Source: a virus. Taken from it: a DNA stretch of 64,000 bases. A program made the position numbers and the translations under genes. Under the pieces are notes generated by a model. The model ran no database searches. It was not told the origin of the DNA and saw only the letters and a list, made by a program, of their open reading frames with translations. The stretch is from the IMG/VR virus record IMGVR_UViG_3300045988_183523, positions 40,364-104,363 of that record. One strand, written 5' to 3'. Positions within the stretch are counted from its first letter, which is position 1. Each line of letters begins with the position of its first letter. Of this stretch, positions 28,201 to 37,817 are shown piece after piece.

Positions 28201-31113
28201 TTTGAAAATGATATTAACTCGTATTTGAATAATGAAAAAAAGCAAGAAATAATTCCGGAAGAACCAAGTATATTTAAAAATAATGAACCGGTTTATTTAG
28301 ATAAAGGTATTTATTATCTGTTTTTAGATTTTGGTCCGGGAAGTTTGGCAATCTCTAATTCACCAATATACAAATGTGACACAAAATTGCATTTTCAAAA
28401 TCCAGAAGATTATAATATCATGTATAATCAAATTGCTGAAAATTTGCCGAACAGTTGCACAAATGAAGAATATAAAGAAGCCTTTAAAGATTTTTCAAAC
28501 TACAACAAAGCACATAATTTCGTTTTTTATAAGAATGAAAAACTTGCACACGATATAACAACTTATCAGTTTAGCGGCAGCGATAACGAAAAAATCAAAA
28601 ATACTTATGAAGATGCAGAATGTATTTCAATGATTTGTGAAAATTGTGGTGAAATTGTTTATAGCTATGCTAAATTTGAGGTTGAAGCTGATCAAGATAA
28701 GGATCCTGATAATAAACATCCTGAAAAAATAGATGATAGTGACCACAATTTTGTTTACACTTATGATGAGCCAAATTGTATTGAAGCTGGATATAAAAAG
28801 TGGATTTGCAAGAACAGTGTGGTACAAGGATATGTTTTAACCGGAGACACAGAACATCGTTCTTATATTGAAGATTACATACAAAATAAGAATGATATAC
28901 CTTCTGATTTTGTTAATGCAACATTTGACGAATTTAAGAATTATTATAATCAAAATTTCGAAAGAAAATTTGAGGAGAAATATCCAGATGTAAATTCATT
29001 TTCAGATTTATATAAAAATAAAAATTCTAATAACTTTTTTGAATATGAATCTAATTATGATGCATTGATGAATTTTATAAAAAGTCATAGCTTTTATGAA
29101 ACTGATTATTGTGATAAGGAAATAAAAGAAGTAGTACCTGCTCTTTCAACTAACCATCAACATAGTTTTAAGGCTACATACACTGCTAACTTTGATGGCA
29201 CACATAACAAAAAAGCCGTTTGCACTAATAAGGGTTGTTATAGTTATATGAAAGAAAAAGAACTTTACAACCTTACTGATTCTGAGGCTTCCGAGTTAAA
29301 TTTAAACTATTTTAGAGATAATAATGGAATATGGTATAAATTCGATGAAAACGGAAATTCGACGATTGTAAACAGGAACAGTGAGGAAATTGTCCTTAAT
29401 ACTTATGGCGAAAAAGTAAAAACTACAACAAAAATAAATGAAACTGAAAATTGCATTTATGACGACAATTGCACCTGTATCTACTGTGGAGCTGTAAATC
29501 ATAAAAAAATAAACAGTGAAATATCAAATTATATTCCATCAACAGCAGATACAAACGGTTCATATATTAAAACAGATTATTGTGAAAAATGTAACGCGAT
29601 TGTTGATGTAAATAAAATAATTTTACCAAAAGGAGAAATCACTGTTAATGTAGATGACAATATTACTCTTAAAGTAAACAAAAAGGGAACATATTCAGCA
29701 TCATATAACATCAAATTTAACGGTATTGACAACTATTCTAATATAACATTCAAACCAAAAGATACACTTGTTCTTGTTAATGATAAAACAAATGAATCTA
29801 AAATAGCGAAAGTATCACAAAAACAAATTGAATTTTCTAAAGATAAAGGTCTTACAACAACAGGTACAGTTACTGTTGAAAGTTTAACAGAAGGTACTTG
29901 GACCGGATATATTACATTTGACTACTACTTTTGGAAAAATGTAGATGTAACAGATTATTTCATTTGGACTCAAGATACAGAAAAATTGTATGTTTTAAAT
30001 AATGATGGTAAAACAGAAGAATATTGGAATGACGAATTGATTAAAATGATACAGGATAATCAATCGAACAATGTATGGGTAGATGAAAACAAAAATATCA
30101 GAGAAAAGTTGCCTTCGGATTTATATTATAAATATTTGAATTCACGAGTATTTGACAGTTCTTCGTTTGGAGATGATAATTTACAACAAAAAAGCAAAAA
30201 TGCGTATAATCATCATTGTTCTAATAATTTAGCAATTAAAAAAGAAAATACATTAACCGGATATATTCCATATGAAAGAACGGCAATAAACGGATTGACG
30301 GATTTGGGTGCTGAATGGATTAAAGCTAACAATGGCAAGCTTGTTATACCATCGTGCGCAACTGCGATAGCAGATGCCAAAGTTATCAATTCGACTACTA
30401 CATCAGATGAATATAACACAACAGATCCGGTAAGAGATGTATATTCAATTGTAAAATATGGAAAAGGAACATTTCAACCGTATTTAATTTCCTATGATAA
30501 AAGCGGTAAAAAATATTATGTTGAGGATGATAATGTAACTTTGATTGATCCTTATTCAAGTCGAGGTAGAGAAATTGAACATTATAATGATAATATTTAT
30601 AGTGTTACAGAAGTAATTATTCCAAATAGTTGTAAATCAATTGGTATAAAATCATTTTTCTACAATAGTAGTATTAAAAATATTACTCTCAAAGGATCCA
30701 CATTTGTTAAAAATTATGCATTTTCGGGAATTGATTCTGCATATGCTCTTGGAAATTCATATGAAAATCTTTATGAAGTAAATAATAAGAAAAACGATAA
30801 ACTTGATATATATATCCCTGACGATACAATCTTTAGTTCACTTGTATTTGGATGTGCAAATGCATTAGAATCACTTGAATTGTATGGCTCAATTGCAAAA
30901 GTGCTACTCGTAGATAACAAGTATCCTGATAAGTTAGTTGGATATGATTATCATGAAACTTCTGCGGATATAATTATTCATTATAATTCATTAGAAGAAT
31001 TAAATAGAATAAAAAACGCTTCGCCTATTTACAGATTTTTTGATAATTCTTATAATGAGAACGAATATTACGAAACTAATAATATGAATTTTATAAAAAA
31101 TAGTGGTACATAA
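25198..31113 (+). CDS. Giant secreted protein (1971 aa) with ~7 Cys-rich zinc-ribbon-like repeats (APTCTEEGT.TYTC..CGYSYTEDIP) and BspA-type leucine-rich-repeat segments
   Basis: Signal peptide MSKNKKIISVFLAIITMLTCFPISAFA. Repeated CxxC..(20)..CxxC units. LRR_5-like segments (IIIPYTYQFIWNLDLFSNLKKIEAH; VIIPNSCKSIGIKSFFYNSSIKNITLKGSTFVKNYAFSG). No sorting signal. Confidence 0.6.
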   Translation: MSKNKKIISVFLAIITMLTCFPISAFANNIDWEYSVNEDNTIKITGYNGNLLSTLELPKTIDDKTVIGTSSEIFENKSVDNVKTIIIPYTYQFIWNLDLFSNLKKIEAHSLTIQNMYLLNGGQENKYIELNSENTEKFEKSLAVLSKLNESLCENNKEINKEKTTDCKKDGINYICKVCGYEWKKACQEHQYEYVKEKSTKDNCYSECIACGEQIKSNHNYKSEITKAPTCTEEGTRTYTCTNCGYSYAEDIPKTTHDFVRKTLVEATCAQPGTDELTCSRCGYKETETTYKSHEYDDGVVVDEGNCVNVKIKYTCKLCGNTYEETEDVLHDCIIENGYFQCKRCNKKVKLTLNSINTENYTYNFDDVNDLDWDGALNTYVINCNEDSRYTFDFSKLNFNSDHGSVSLVKIDPEFTDDEIILYSLLKQAYPRYQLDKYDTDGRCHPVENAPKLSYDFLSMFSLYDWTAYGWDPEWSANLENKFEWTENSELQFKNSQVFFDLQKDRSNGKAYNYLEKYGSECFLDGTTKETLSLKKGKYLLVVKNAYSDSCKEPMFTGKFDIKKECNHVYNETITKAPTCNEKGTKTYTCTKCGYSYTEDIPKITHNYKAKITKEPTCTEEGIKTYTCKLCGDSYTEIIPATGHEYKKINIDDKTYKIECSKCGLNRFYKELDDWTITFSGNDNTCTLYKYNGSETILSLPEKVGKYKVLGLEKSAFENVKIADDITEVTIPYTYKKVEGIENLSNLRQLNYHEILWDYFSNELISFFDQNNIYCRSLCEGHWYTDQDCTKQDIDVYCKICGYTEKRDSNMTYFEDGHQYVISNVNGDTITYTCTQCPNSYTMICKHNNAKYDRKVEANCQHGSYDIYVCPDCNSEIKRHEQPTLGEHSYEIKNGKAICEVCQNEITYKSYNIDELNKQYTFYQKDFYDDHLSSTEKKNRYNCVKLTIDKNNTPVYFYQTKSQGKFNIRTFEGLSQDEIDYYLISSSQYGLNYDNFEKYNEFENDINSYLNNEKKQEIIPEEPSIFKNNEPVYLDKGIYYLFLDFGPGSLAISNSPIYKCDTKLHFQNPEDYNIMYNQIAENLPNSCTNEEYKEAFKDFSNYNKAHNFVFYKNEKLAHDITTYQFSGSDNEKIKNTYEDAECISMICENCGEIVYSYAKFEVEADQDKDPDNKHPEKIDDSDHNFVYTYDEPNCIEAGYKKWICKNSVVQGYVLTGDTEHRSYIEDYIQNKNDIPSDFVNATFDEFKNYYNQNFERKFEEKYPDVNSFSDLYKNKNSNNFFEYESNYDALMNFIKSHSFYETDYCDKEIKEVVPALSTNHQHSFKATYTANFDGTHNKKAVCTNKGCYSYMKEKELYNLTDSEASELNLNYFRDNNGIWYKFDENGNSTIVNRNSEEIVLNTYGEKVKTTTKINETENCIYDDNCTCIYCGAVNHKKINSEISNYIPSTADTNGSYIKTDYCEKCNAIVDVNKIILPKGEITVNVDDNITLKVNKKGTYSASYNIKFNGIDNYSNITFKPKDTLVLVNDKTNESKIAKVSQKQIEFSKDKGLTTTGTVTVESLTEGTWTGYITFDYYFWKNVDVTDYFIWTQDTEKLYVLNNDGKTEEYWNDELIKMIQDNQSNNVWVDENKNIREKLPSDLYYKYLNSRVFDSSSFGDDNLQQKSKNAYNHHCSNNLAIKKENTLTGYIPYERTAINGLTDLGAEWIKANNGKLVIPSCATAIADAKVINSTTTSDEYNTTDPVRDVYSIVKYGKGTFQPYLISYDKSGKKYYVEDDNVTLIDPYSSRGREIEHYNDNIYSVTEVIIPNSCKSIGIKSFFYNSSIKNITLKGSTFVKNYAFSGIDSAYALGNSYENLYEVNNKKNDKLDIYIPDDTIFSSLVFGCANALESLELYGSIAKVLLVDNKYPDKLVGYDYHETSADIIIHYNSLEELNRIKNASPIYRFFDNSYNENEYYETNNMNFIKNSGT

Positions 31114-31149
31114 TACCACTATTTTTTTTTGTATTTTTTAATTTTTATT

Positions 31150-31157
31150 ACTATATA
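31150..31157 (+). promoter_or_regulatory. Recurrent promoter-like motif copy (ttttttaatttttatTACTATATAtat)
   Basis: Upstream of the flotillin gene. Confidence 0.35.
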
Positions 31158-31300
31158 TATGCAGAATGTAAATTACTCGGCGTTGAAATAGAAAGTATTC
31201 TTGACGGTAGTTTATAAAAAGGAGGTAAAATATGAATTAGCAACTATTCTAAAATCGAAAATAATCAAAAAAATCAATCAAAAATTAAAGGAGAAAAAAT

Positions 31301-32716
31301 ATGTTAAAAATCATTATTCCAATCGTTGTAGTTATTGTATTACTTATAGCTTTTTTTAAGGCGTTTTATGTTATTGCCTCACCAAATCAGGCACTTGTAA
31401 TTTCAGGATTTAAAAAAGAGCCACGATTTATTGTAGGTAAAGCAGGACTCAAATTACCTGTTTTAGAAAAGCTTAATAAACTTTCGCTTGCAAATATGCA
31501 GGTGGATATAAAAACCGAAGAAAGTGTTCCAACTGAAGAATTTATTAATATATACATAGATGCTGTTGCTACATTTAAGATTTCATCTGATCCAAAATAC
31601 CTTTCAATTGCGGCAGAAGCACTTTTAGGTAAAAGTGAAGAAGAAATTAAAGAAATGGTATCACAAACCCTTTTAGGCTCAACGAGGGAGGTTGTTGGTC
31701 TTATCGGTGTAGTTGATTTAAACAACAAACAGATGATTTCACAAAAGGTTATGGAAAATGTTACTGATGAACTTTTGAAAATCGGTATTGAAGTAACAAA
31801 CTTCAATATTCAAAATTTCCGTGATGAAAACGGAATTCTTGAAAATCTCGGTATTGATAATACAGAAAAAATTCGTAAAAATGCAGCTATTGCAAAGGCA
31901 GAAGCAGAAAAAGAAACTGCTATTGCAAGAGCGTTAGCTGAAAAAGAAACATTGATTGCTAAAAGTAAAGCAGCACAGGAAGCTAATGAAATAAGAATTA
32001 AAGCTGAAACAGAAATTGCTGAAAGCAATAACAGACTTGCAATCAGAAAAGCAGAACTTAAAGCTATCGAAGAACAGCAACAGGCAAAAACTGATGCAGC
32101 TAAGCAAATTGAAGATGAAGCACAGCGCCGTGAAATTGAAATTAAAAAGCAAGATGCCAATATTGCAAGGCAAGAAAAAGAGGCTGTACTTGCTGAAAAA
32201 ACTGTTGCAGTTCAAGAAAAGAAATATGCTGCTGAAATTAACAAAAAGGCTGATGCTGACAGATATGCTGCTGAACAACAAGCACAAGCTGATTTAGCTG
32301 TTAAAAGAGCTAATGCAGATGCTAAAATTTACGAGGCTCAAAAAGAAGCGGAAGCTATCAAAATTAAAGGCTTAGCTGAAGCTGAAGCTATCGAAAAGAA
32401 AGCAGATGCAATGCAGAAATACGGTGAAGCTGCTATTCTTCAAATGGTACTTGAAAAAATGCCTGAAATCGTTGAAAATGCATCTAAACCTCTTCAAAAT
32501 GTTGATTCAATTACTATGTACGGTGATGGTAACGGTTCAAAACTTGTCGGCGATGTTATGAAAACTGTTAATCAGGTAATGGCAGGCTTGAAATCAAATG
32601 GGATTGATGTTAATGATATAATAAATAAGTCACTTGAAAAGAAAAGCTTGAAATCGGCTGTGGTTGACAATGTAATTGATTCAGATGTTACTGAGAATTT
32701 ATCAAAAATTGAATAA
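31301..32716 (+). CDS. floT: Flotillin (SPFH/band-7 domain, FloT-like)
   Basis: N-terminal TM. SPFH core. Long Ala/Glu/Lys coiled-coil with KKADADRYAAEQQAQADLA and IKGLAEAEAIEKKADAMQKYGEAAILQMVLEKMPEI, both close to B. subtilis FloT. Confidence 0.85.
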   Translation: MLKIIIPIVVVIVLLIAFFKAFYVIASPNQALVISGFKKEPRFIVGKAGLKLPVLEKLNKLSLANMQVDIKTEESVPTEEFINIYIDAVATFKISSDPKYLSIAAEALLGKSEEEIKEMVSQTLLGSTREVVGLIGVVDLNNKQMISQKVMENVTDELLKIGIEVTNFNIQNFRDENGILENLGIDNTEKIRKNAAIAKAEAEKETAIARALAEKETLIAKSKAAQEANEIRIKAETEIAESNNRLAIRKAELKAIEEQQQAKTDAAKQIEDEAQRREIEIKKQDANIARQEKEAVLAEKTVAVQEKKYAAEINKKADADRYAAEQQAQADLAVKRANADAKIYEAQKEAEAIKIKGLAEAEAIEKKADAMQKYGEAAILQMVLEKMPEIVENASKPLQNVDSITMYGDGNGSKLVGDVMKTVNQVMAGLKSNGIDVNDIINKSLEKKSLKSAVVDNVIDSDVTENLSKIE

Positions 32717-32739
32717 TAAAGATATAAGGAGTTTTTCCT

Positions 32740-33138
32740 ATGTTTGATGTTAATGTTATTTTATCAGATTTGCCGGCATTTATTATAGTCGGGGCTATTG
32801 TTATCGCTGCAATTACAGCTAAGCATGTTCGTGAAAAGATGGATTCTGATATTGACATGGAAGAAGAAAATGAAAATCAACAAAAAGTTAAAATCAAAGT
32901 GAAAAAATATAATCCTGATGGCACCGAAATGAAAAATGATGATACTAATCATCATAAACCAACTAAAACAAAAGAGCCACTTGTTTCAAATGATTTTACT
33001 GTAAATAATCAATCTGTTGAATCTAAAATTGATATTGAAAATACTAATTTTGATTTTGATGATAATAACTTACTCGGCGGTATTTCAGATGCATCCCAAA
33101 GTTTATTTGATGAAGTCTTTAAACAAAATAACGATTAA
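32740..33138 (+). CDS. Small membrane protein (N-terminal TM, acidic tail), co-transcribed with flotillin
   Basis: RBS aaggag. One TM helix. Confidence 0.45.
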   Translation: MFDVNVILSDLPAFIIVGAIVIAAITAKHVREKMDSDIDMEEENENQQKVKIKVKKYNPDGTEMKNDDTNHHKPTKTKEPLVSNDFTVNNQSVESKIDIENTNFDFDDNNLLGGISDASQSLFDEVFKQNND

Positions 33139-33143
33139 AGTTA

Positions 33144-33182
33144 AGAACGCTTGAACTTATTTGTTCAGGCGTTCTTTTTTTT
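33144..33182 (+). terminator. rho-independent terminator
   Basis: agaacgcttgaac-ttatttg-ttcaggcgttct followed by ttttttt. Confidence 0.7.
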
Positions 33183-33235
33183 AGAAAAAATTATAAATAT
33201 TAAAGATGTTTTTACTAATTTTTTCAAAAATATTA

Positions 33236-33243
33236 CTATATAC
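33236..33243 (+). promoter_or_regulatory. Recurrent promoter-like motif copy (ttttttcaaaaatatTACTATATAct)
   Basis: Start of the phage-like gene block. Confidence 0.35.
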
Positions 33244-33270
33244 TCTTAGAAAATATTAGGGAGTGTAATT

Positions 33271-33639
33271 ATGATTATTTTGAAAAAGCATCAATTAGCT
33301 GATAATTCAGAATATCTTAATGCAACAGATTTGATTGATGAAAAGAACTTGGAAAGTACGGAAAAAATTTATCCGATAGGAAAGGCTTGTGCGGATGTTT
33401 TGAACTACTATCAAGAAAATACGCCTGATGCATACGGTAATGCTCCATACGCAAGATTAGACGGCTTTTTACAAGGATATTTAGCTGCATCTAAATTAGA
33501 ACTTGTTAAGAACGAGCAATATTGGGATGTTGTAAAAAACAAACATGTTCTATTAAGAATTGAAGTACCTAAAAAGCCTTCTTCTTATTATGAAACAATT
33601 TCTGATATGAATAATGCATTAGAAAAGGAAAACAGGTGA
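33271..33639 (+). CDS. hypothetical protein (122 aa)
   Basis: ORF only. Confidence 0.4.
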   Translation: MIILKKHQLADNSEYLNATDLIDEKNLESTEKIYPIGKACADVLNYYQENTPDAYGNAPYARLDGFLQGYLAASKLELVKNEQYWDVVKNKHVLLRIEVPKKPSSYYETISDMNNALEKENR

Positions 33640-33645
33640 TTATAT

Positions 33646-33858
33646 ATGAAAATACCTAAATATATTGAGGAAACCCTCAGAAAACGAAGCAAAACTTCGG
33701 TGAAGTTAACTGAATTTGATTTGATTGTTACAAAATTCATAGAAGAACATAATATTGATGTTGATGAATATGACTACAATGGTGGTTGTGAAATGATTGT
33801 CAATCCGTATGAAAGCGAAGAACGAATCAGAACGGCAATTCTAAATCATAAGGAGTGA
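33646..33858 (+). CDS. hypothetical protein (70 aa)
   Basis: ORF only. Confidence 0.35.
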   Translation: MKIPKYIEETLRKRSKTSVKLTEFDLIVTKFIEEHNIDVDEYDYNGGCEMIVNPYESEERIRTAILNHKE

Positions 33859-33865
33859 AATACAT

Positions 33866-34111
33866 ATGAGACAGAGTAAAAAGGAGAAAATGAAATTGAA
33901 AGAAAAAAAGGCATATATGTTAAGTTTGATTATTTGTATGATTATTGACCAAATCGGAGCAATCACATGTTTGCTCCTTGGATTTACTGAATGTGATGAA
34001 AGTGATAATTGGGTAATTTTTTGGCTATTTATGTATGCTTTTTTTGCATCATATGTGGCACACAATATGAAGTTTGACAAAATTTCGCAAACAAATGATT
34101 TTTTAGAATAG
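33866..34111 (+). CDS. small membrane protein (81 aa, 2 TM)
   Basis: ORF only. Confidence 0.35.
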   Translation: MRQSKKEKMKLKEKKAYMLSLIICMIIDQIGAITCLLLGFTECDESDNWVIFWLFMYAFFASYVAHNMKFDKISQTNDFLE

Positions 34112-34122
34112 GAGAATACAAT

Positions 34123-34440
34123 TTGAAAAATAAAAAAGATACAATATGTTTCTTTTACTATAATGATGAAATTGTTTTTATCGGTAAAACAAAGCGTACT
34201 TGTGAAACATATGTAGAAAGTAAAGTGAAAAATGATAATTCACTTGATGCTCGTAAAATAACCAAAATAAAGTATCATTCGTTTGATAGCAGTGCAGATG
34301 CGTTACTTTATTATAATTATTTTGTCAACAATTATAAGCCAAGATTTAATAATTATATAAGCCAAGGCAACATAACAGCTATATTACCACCATTAGATTT
34401 TTCCGTTGTCGGTAAAGAACAACTCGTTTTGTTGAAATAA
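34123..34440 (+). CDS. GIY-YIG-like small protein (105 aa)
   Basis: ICFFYYNDEIVFIGKTKRTCETY...YH.FDS.ADAL..Y.YFVNNYKP resembles GIY..YIG..R. Confidence 0.4.
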   Translation: MKNKKDTICFFYYNDEIVFIGKTKRTCETYVESKVKNDNSLDARKITKIKYHSFDSSADALLYYNYFVNNYKPRFNNYISQGNITAILPPLDFSVVGKEQLVLLK

Positions 34441-34576
34441 ACTGTATAAAAATATATTTAGTACAAAAGTTAGTTTCATTTTGAAATTTATGCGAATTTA
34501 TATTGTTTACACAAATGAGTTTAATATTTTGAATGTAAAAAATTCAGTTCATAAAAAATAAAAAGGAGTTAATCTA

Positions 34577-35350
34577 TTGAAAAATTATATTGTGTACAAA
34601 ATATATTACGGCAATACTGTTGCTTATGTTGGAAAAACTGACAGAACAATACAAGAAAGAACAAGAGAGCATCTTTTTGAAAAGCCGTTAAATCGAATTT
34701 TTGATATAAACTTTGTGACAAAAGTTGAATATCATAATTTTGACTCAGAAGCGGATATGAACTTTTACGAATTATACTACATAAATCTGTTAAAGCCACC
34801 GCTTAATTCTTTTGCTAAACTTAAAGATAAAATTACTTTTACTTTGCCGGAAATAACATGGATAAGCGCAGAATTCAGAGACTGGGATAAATGGAAATAT
34901 GAACTGTTGCATATGAATAACAGTTATCTCTCTTTTGACAAGAACTTGAAAATTCTTAATGATAAGAAAAAAGTATTATTAAGTATACAAAATAAAATTG
35001 ATACTGAAACTTTTTGGAAAGCATATGCATCATTACTCCAAAAAGAAAAATCTATTTTACGAAAATATACGATAGTCATTGATAATAAGACATTTGCACC
35101 ATTACCGTTTCCTTTGATGTTCATGAAAGACGATTATGTTTGCTATCGTATTGGTAAAAACTTGTTTTCTATTGGAAAGGTTGTAAATGGTTGTCTGACA
35201 TTATCAAATAATCATGTATTATTTCAGAAACTTTACACTTATAATTCTAAGACTAAAAAATTCGTAAAGGTAAATGACAGATATAATTATGATGCACAAA
35301 GGTGTTCTGCACTTTTAAAATTGGATTATTTGTATTACCAAAAACAATAA
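34577..35350 (+). CDS. GIY-YIG nuclease-domain protein (257 aa)
   Basis: IVYKIYYGNTVAYVGKTDRTIQERTREH...NFYELYYINLLKPPLNS is a GIY-YIG core. Paralog of 41396. Confidence 0.55.
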   Translation: MKNYIVYKIYYGNTVAYVGKTDRTIQERTREHLFEKPLNRIFDINFVTKVEYHNFDSEADMNFYELYYINLLKPPLNSFAKLKDKITFTLPEITWISAEFRDWDKWKYELLHMNNSYLSFDKNLKILNDKKKVLLSIQNKIDTETFWKAYASLLQKEKSILRKYTIVIDNKTFAPLPFPLMFMKDDYVCYRIGKNLFSIGKVVNGCLTLSNNHVLFQKLYTYNSKTKKFVKVNDRYNYDAQRCSALLKLDYLYYQKQ

Positions 35351-35400
35351 ACTTTATTAAAAGGAAAAGATGAAAAAACCTAACGAAAGGAAGTATTATT

Positions 35401-35976
35401 ATGAAAATTATAATTGCTTGTGGAGCTGTTGTGTTGGTTATTATATGTCTTGTAATAAACCACAAAAAAAATATGAGAAATAAGAAAAAGAAAGATGAAA
35501 TTGTGAAATTTATTCAAAATTTATCTTTAGATGATTTCGATTTTATCTTATCAAAAAAAGAAAATGCAATTGAAATATCAAAATATAATATAAGCAAAAT
35601 TCTTTATCCTGATAAAAAAATTCGCTTAAAAATTAGCAATATTATATCACCATGTCGCTCTTTTATGGAGATATTTAATGATATTAAAGAACTAACTATT
35701 GATGCAAATGAAAAAGAAATTAAAGACTTTTATCTTTTTTTAAACGATGCTGATTCTATGAAATTAGATATATGTTATTTAAAAGCGAATGTCAAAAATC
35801 AAAAAATAAAAGAAGTAATTAATATGATTAGGATTCCTAAATATTTTGCATTTTACAATATTGATTTAAGTCCTTATTTTGAAAGTCAAAAATTTTCATT
35901 CACAGATAAAAACAAAGAAGCGTTATTGGAAGAAATCAAAAACTTTTTCTTGGAACGAATTGATTCGTTATCATAA
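35401..35976 (+). CDS. hypothetical membrane-anchored protein, tandem paralog pair 1a
   Basis: N-terminal TM. NLSLDDFDF.../...DLSPYFESQKFSFTDKNKEALLEEIKNFF aligns with 35989. Confidence 0.45.
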   Translation: MKIIIACGAVVLVIICLVINHKKNMRNKKKKDEIVKFIQNLSLDDFDFILSKKENAIEISKYNISKILYPDKKIRLKISNIISPCRSFMEIFNDIKELTIDANEKEIKDFYLFLNDADSMKLDICYLKANVKNQKIKEVINMIRIPKYFAFYNIDLSPYFESQKFSFTDKNKEALLEEIKNFFLERIDSLS

Positions 35977-35988
35977 TGAGGTGAAAAA

Positions 35989-36555
35989 ATGTTTGAATTT
36001 ATCGGAATTGTATTTATTACAGTAATTGTGGCAATTGCAACTTATGAAATTACTGATTCTAAAAGGTTTGATAAAAAATGTAAAGCCAGTGAACTCATAT
36101 ACAATTTGACTTTAGATGATTTTGAATTTTCAAAAGAAATAAGCAATTTGCTAATTTCTAAAAAGAATGTAAAAAGAATTTTCTGCGTAAATAGTGATAA
36201 AGAAAAAGCATGTATATTGAGAATATCTGCCGGAAATCACATATTTTCAATTAAAGCGACTAAAAAAGAAACGGATGCTTTTTTGAAATTATTTGATGAT
36301 ACAGATTTTATTCAAGTTGATTTACATACTTTCATTATGTATATAAGCACTAAAAGTGAAAAAGCTGAAGAAATAAGAAAAATTAAGCGTTCTTTGTCAA
36401 GAGATTGTAATATACCATCAATTTTTAAAAAATATAAAGTTGATTTGAGTTCATACTTTGAAGACAAAAGTGCGAAAGCGGAATTTACAGATAAAGATAC
36501 AAAAGAATTATTATTTAAAATAAAAGATACTATCAATGCAAATATACCATTGTAG
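35989..36555 (+). CDS. hypothetical membrane-anchored protein, tandem paralog pair 1b
   Basis: NLTLDDFEF...DLSSYFEDKSAKAEFTDKDTKELLFKIKDTI. Confidence 0.45.
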   Translation: MFEFIGIVFITVIVAIATYEITDSKRFDKKCKASELIYNLTLDDFEFSKEISNLLISKKNVKRIFCVNSDKEKACILRISAGNHIFSIKATKKETDAFLKLFDDTDFIQVDLHTFIMYISTKSEKAEEIRKIKRSLSRDCNIPSIFKKYKVDLSSYFEDKSAKAEFTDKDTKELLFKIKDTINANIPL

Positions 36556-36575
36556 TAATTATAAGGAGTAAGAAA

Positions 36576-37064
36576 ATGGTAAAGATAAAAGATATTTTTG
36601 GAAGCATAATTATTTTTCTTATATTCGCAATGCCGATGATTTTAATTAGTGATATGTGCGTTGTTAATATTAAAAATTATGATTATATTAATATTAACGA
36701 AACGGTGAATGCTACATATTCAAATGATGATATTTCAAATCTAACAAAAAGTAGAAATACTTATTACCGACATAAATATTATTTTTATGATGAAAATGGT
36801 AATACAGTATCAATTGAATTATATGGACCAAAACAGAGATATTACGGCAGAACTCAACATGAATATAAGTATGTAATTGATGATACTCTCGGAGATACTG
36901 TTACTGTCAAAGATGTAACGATAATAGAAAAGAAAAATCTTAATAAATTGAATAAATTAAATAGAAAATTAATTTTCAAAAAAAGTAGAAGTAAAAATTA
37001 TTACATTGTAACCGGCAGTAAAGAAAATATCGAAAGAATTTTGCTTTCGATTGAAGGCAATTAA
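36576..37064 (+). CDS. hypothetical membrane-anchored protein, tandem paralog pair 2a
   Basis: N-terminal TM. ...YIVTGSKENIERIL aligns with 37098 (...YIITGSRKNIERIL). Confidence 0.45.
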   Translation: MVKIKDIFGSIIIFLIFAMPMILISDMCVVNIKNYDYININETVNATYSNDDISNLTKSRNTYYRHKYYFYDENGNTVSIELYGPKQRYYGRTQHEYKYVIDDTLGDTVTVKDVTIIEKKNLNKLNKLNRKLIFKKSRSKNYYIVTGSKENIERILLSIEGN

Positions 37065-37097
37065 CTAAATAAAAAATTTTCGGGGGGGCAATGATAA

Positions 37098-37589
37098 GTG
37101 AAACAAAAGGCGAAAAATTTCATAAATACTAAAATAAAAAACAATATCAAACCAGTATTTTACATTATTTTAATGGCAGTGATAATTGTATTAGTGTTTG
37201 ATATTTTGAATGTTAATTTGGAAGATTATGATATTATCAATCCAAAAGAAACGATAAATAACATTTTTTCTGTTCAGGATATTACAACTCAATTTACTAA
37301 TAATGATAATATTTACTATTTTGATGATGAAAACGGATATGTGAAATCGTTTTGTTTTCATCTACCAGATGGTATTGATGATAGTAATGAATATCAAGTA
37401 TACAAATATAAGGTCGATAATTCACTTGGAAATAAAATAGTTATTAAAGATGTAACTGTAACAGGAAAGAAAGACACAAGCACGCTTAATCAATTTAACA
37501 AAATGATTCTTTTAAAGAAAAATAAAAAGGAAAGACGATATATTATAACTGGAAGTAGAAAAAACATCGAAAGGATTTTAAAACAGTGA
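37098..37589 (+). CDS. hypothetical membrane-anchored protein, tandem paralog pair 2b (GTG start)
   Basis: See pair 2a. Confidence 0.45.
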   Translation: MKQKAKNFINTKIKNNIKPVFYIILMAVIIVLVFDILNVNLEDYDIINPKETINNIFSVQDITTQFTNNDNIYYFDDENGYVKSFCFHLPDGIDDSNEYQVYKYKVDNSLGNKIVIKDVTVTGKKDTSTLNQFNKMILLKKNKKERRYIITGSRKNIERILKQ

Positions 37590-37674
37590 AAAAACAAAAA
37601 AATATAGTTTTCAATTGGATAAAGAGACAAATGATTGTAAACAGAAATTACTGTAAATAGCCCAAAAGTAGCGA

Positions 37675-37707
37675 AAAAGGACCACTTTAATTGGTGGTCC
37701 TTTTTTG
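37675..37707 (+). terminator. rho-independent terminator
   Basis: aaaaaggaccac-tttaatt-ggtggtcctttttt. Confidence 0.7.
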
Positions 37708-37757
37708 TTAATAATTTGTAAATTCGTATGAGCATATAAAATTTTTGTTTAAAAATT

Positions 37758-37765
37758 ACTATATA
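37758..37765 (+). promoter_or_regulatory. Recurrent promoter-like motif copy (tttgtttaaaaaTTACTATATAcc)
   Basis: Upstream of the YopX gene. Confidence 0.35.
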
Positions 37766-37817
37766 CCTGTGAAATGAAAAATGAAAGAATATTAAGCCAT
37801 TAGAAAGGATAAATAAC

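Noticed and set aside
31387-32297. Minus- and plus-strand ORFs nested in the flotillin gene
   Set aside because: Artefacts of the Ala/Glu/Lys-rich coiled-coil codon repetition. Translations are Ser/Leu/Cys/Phe low complexity.
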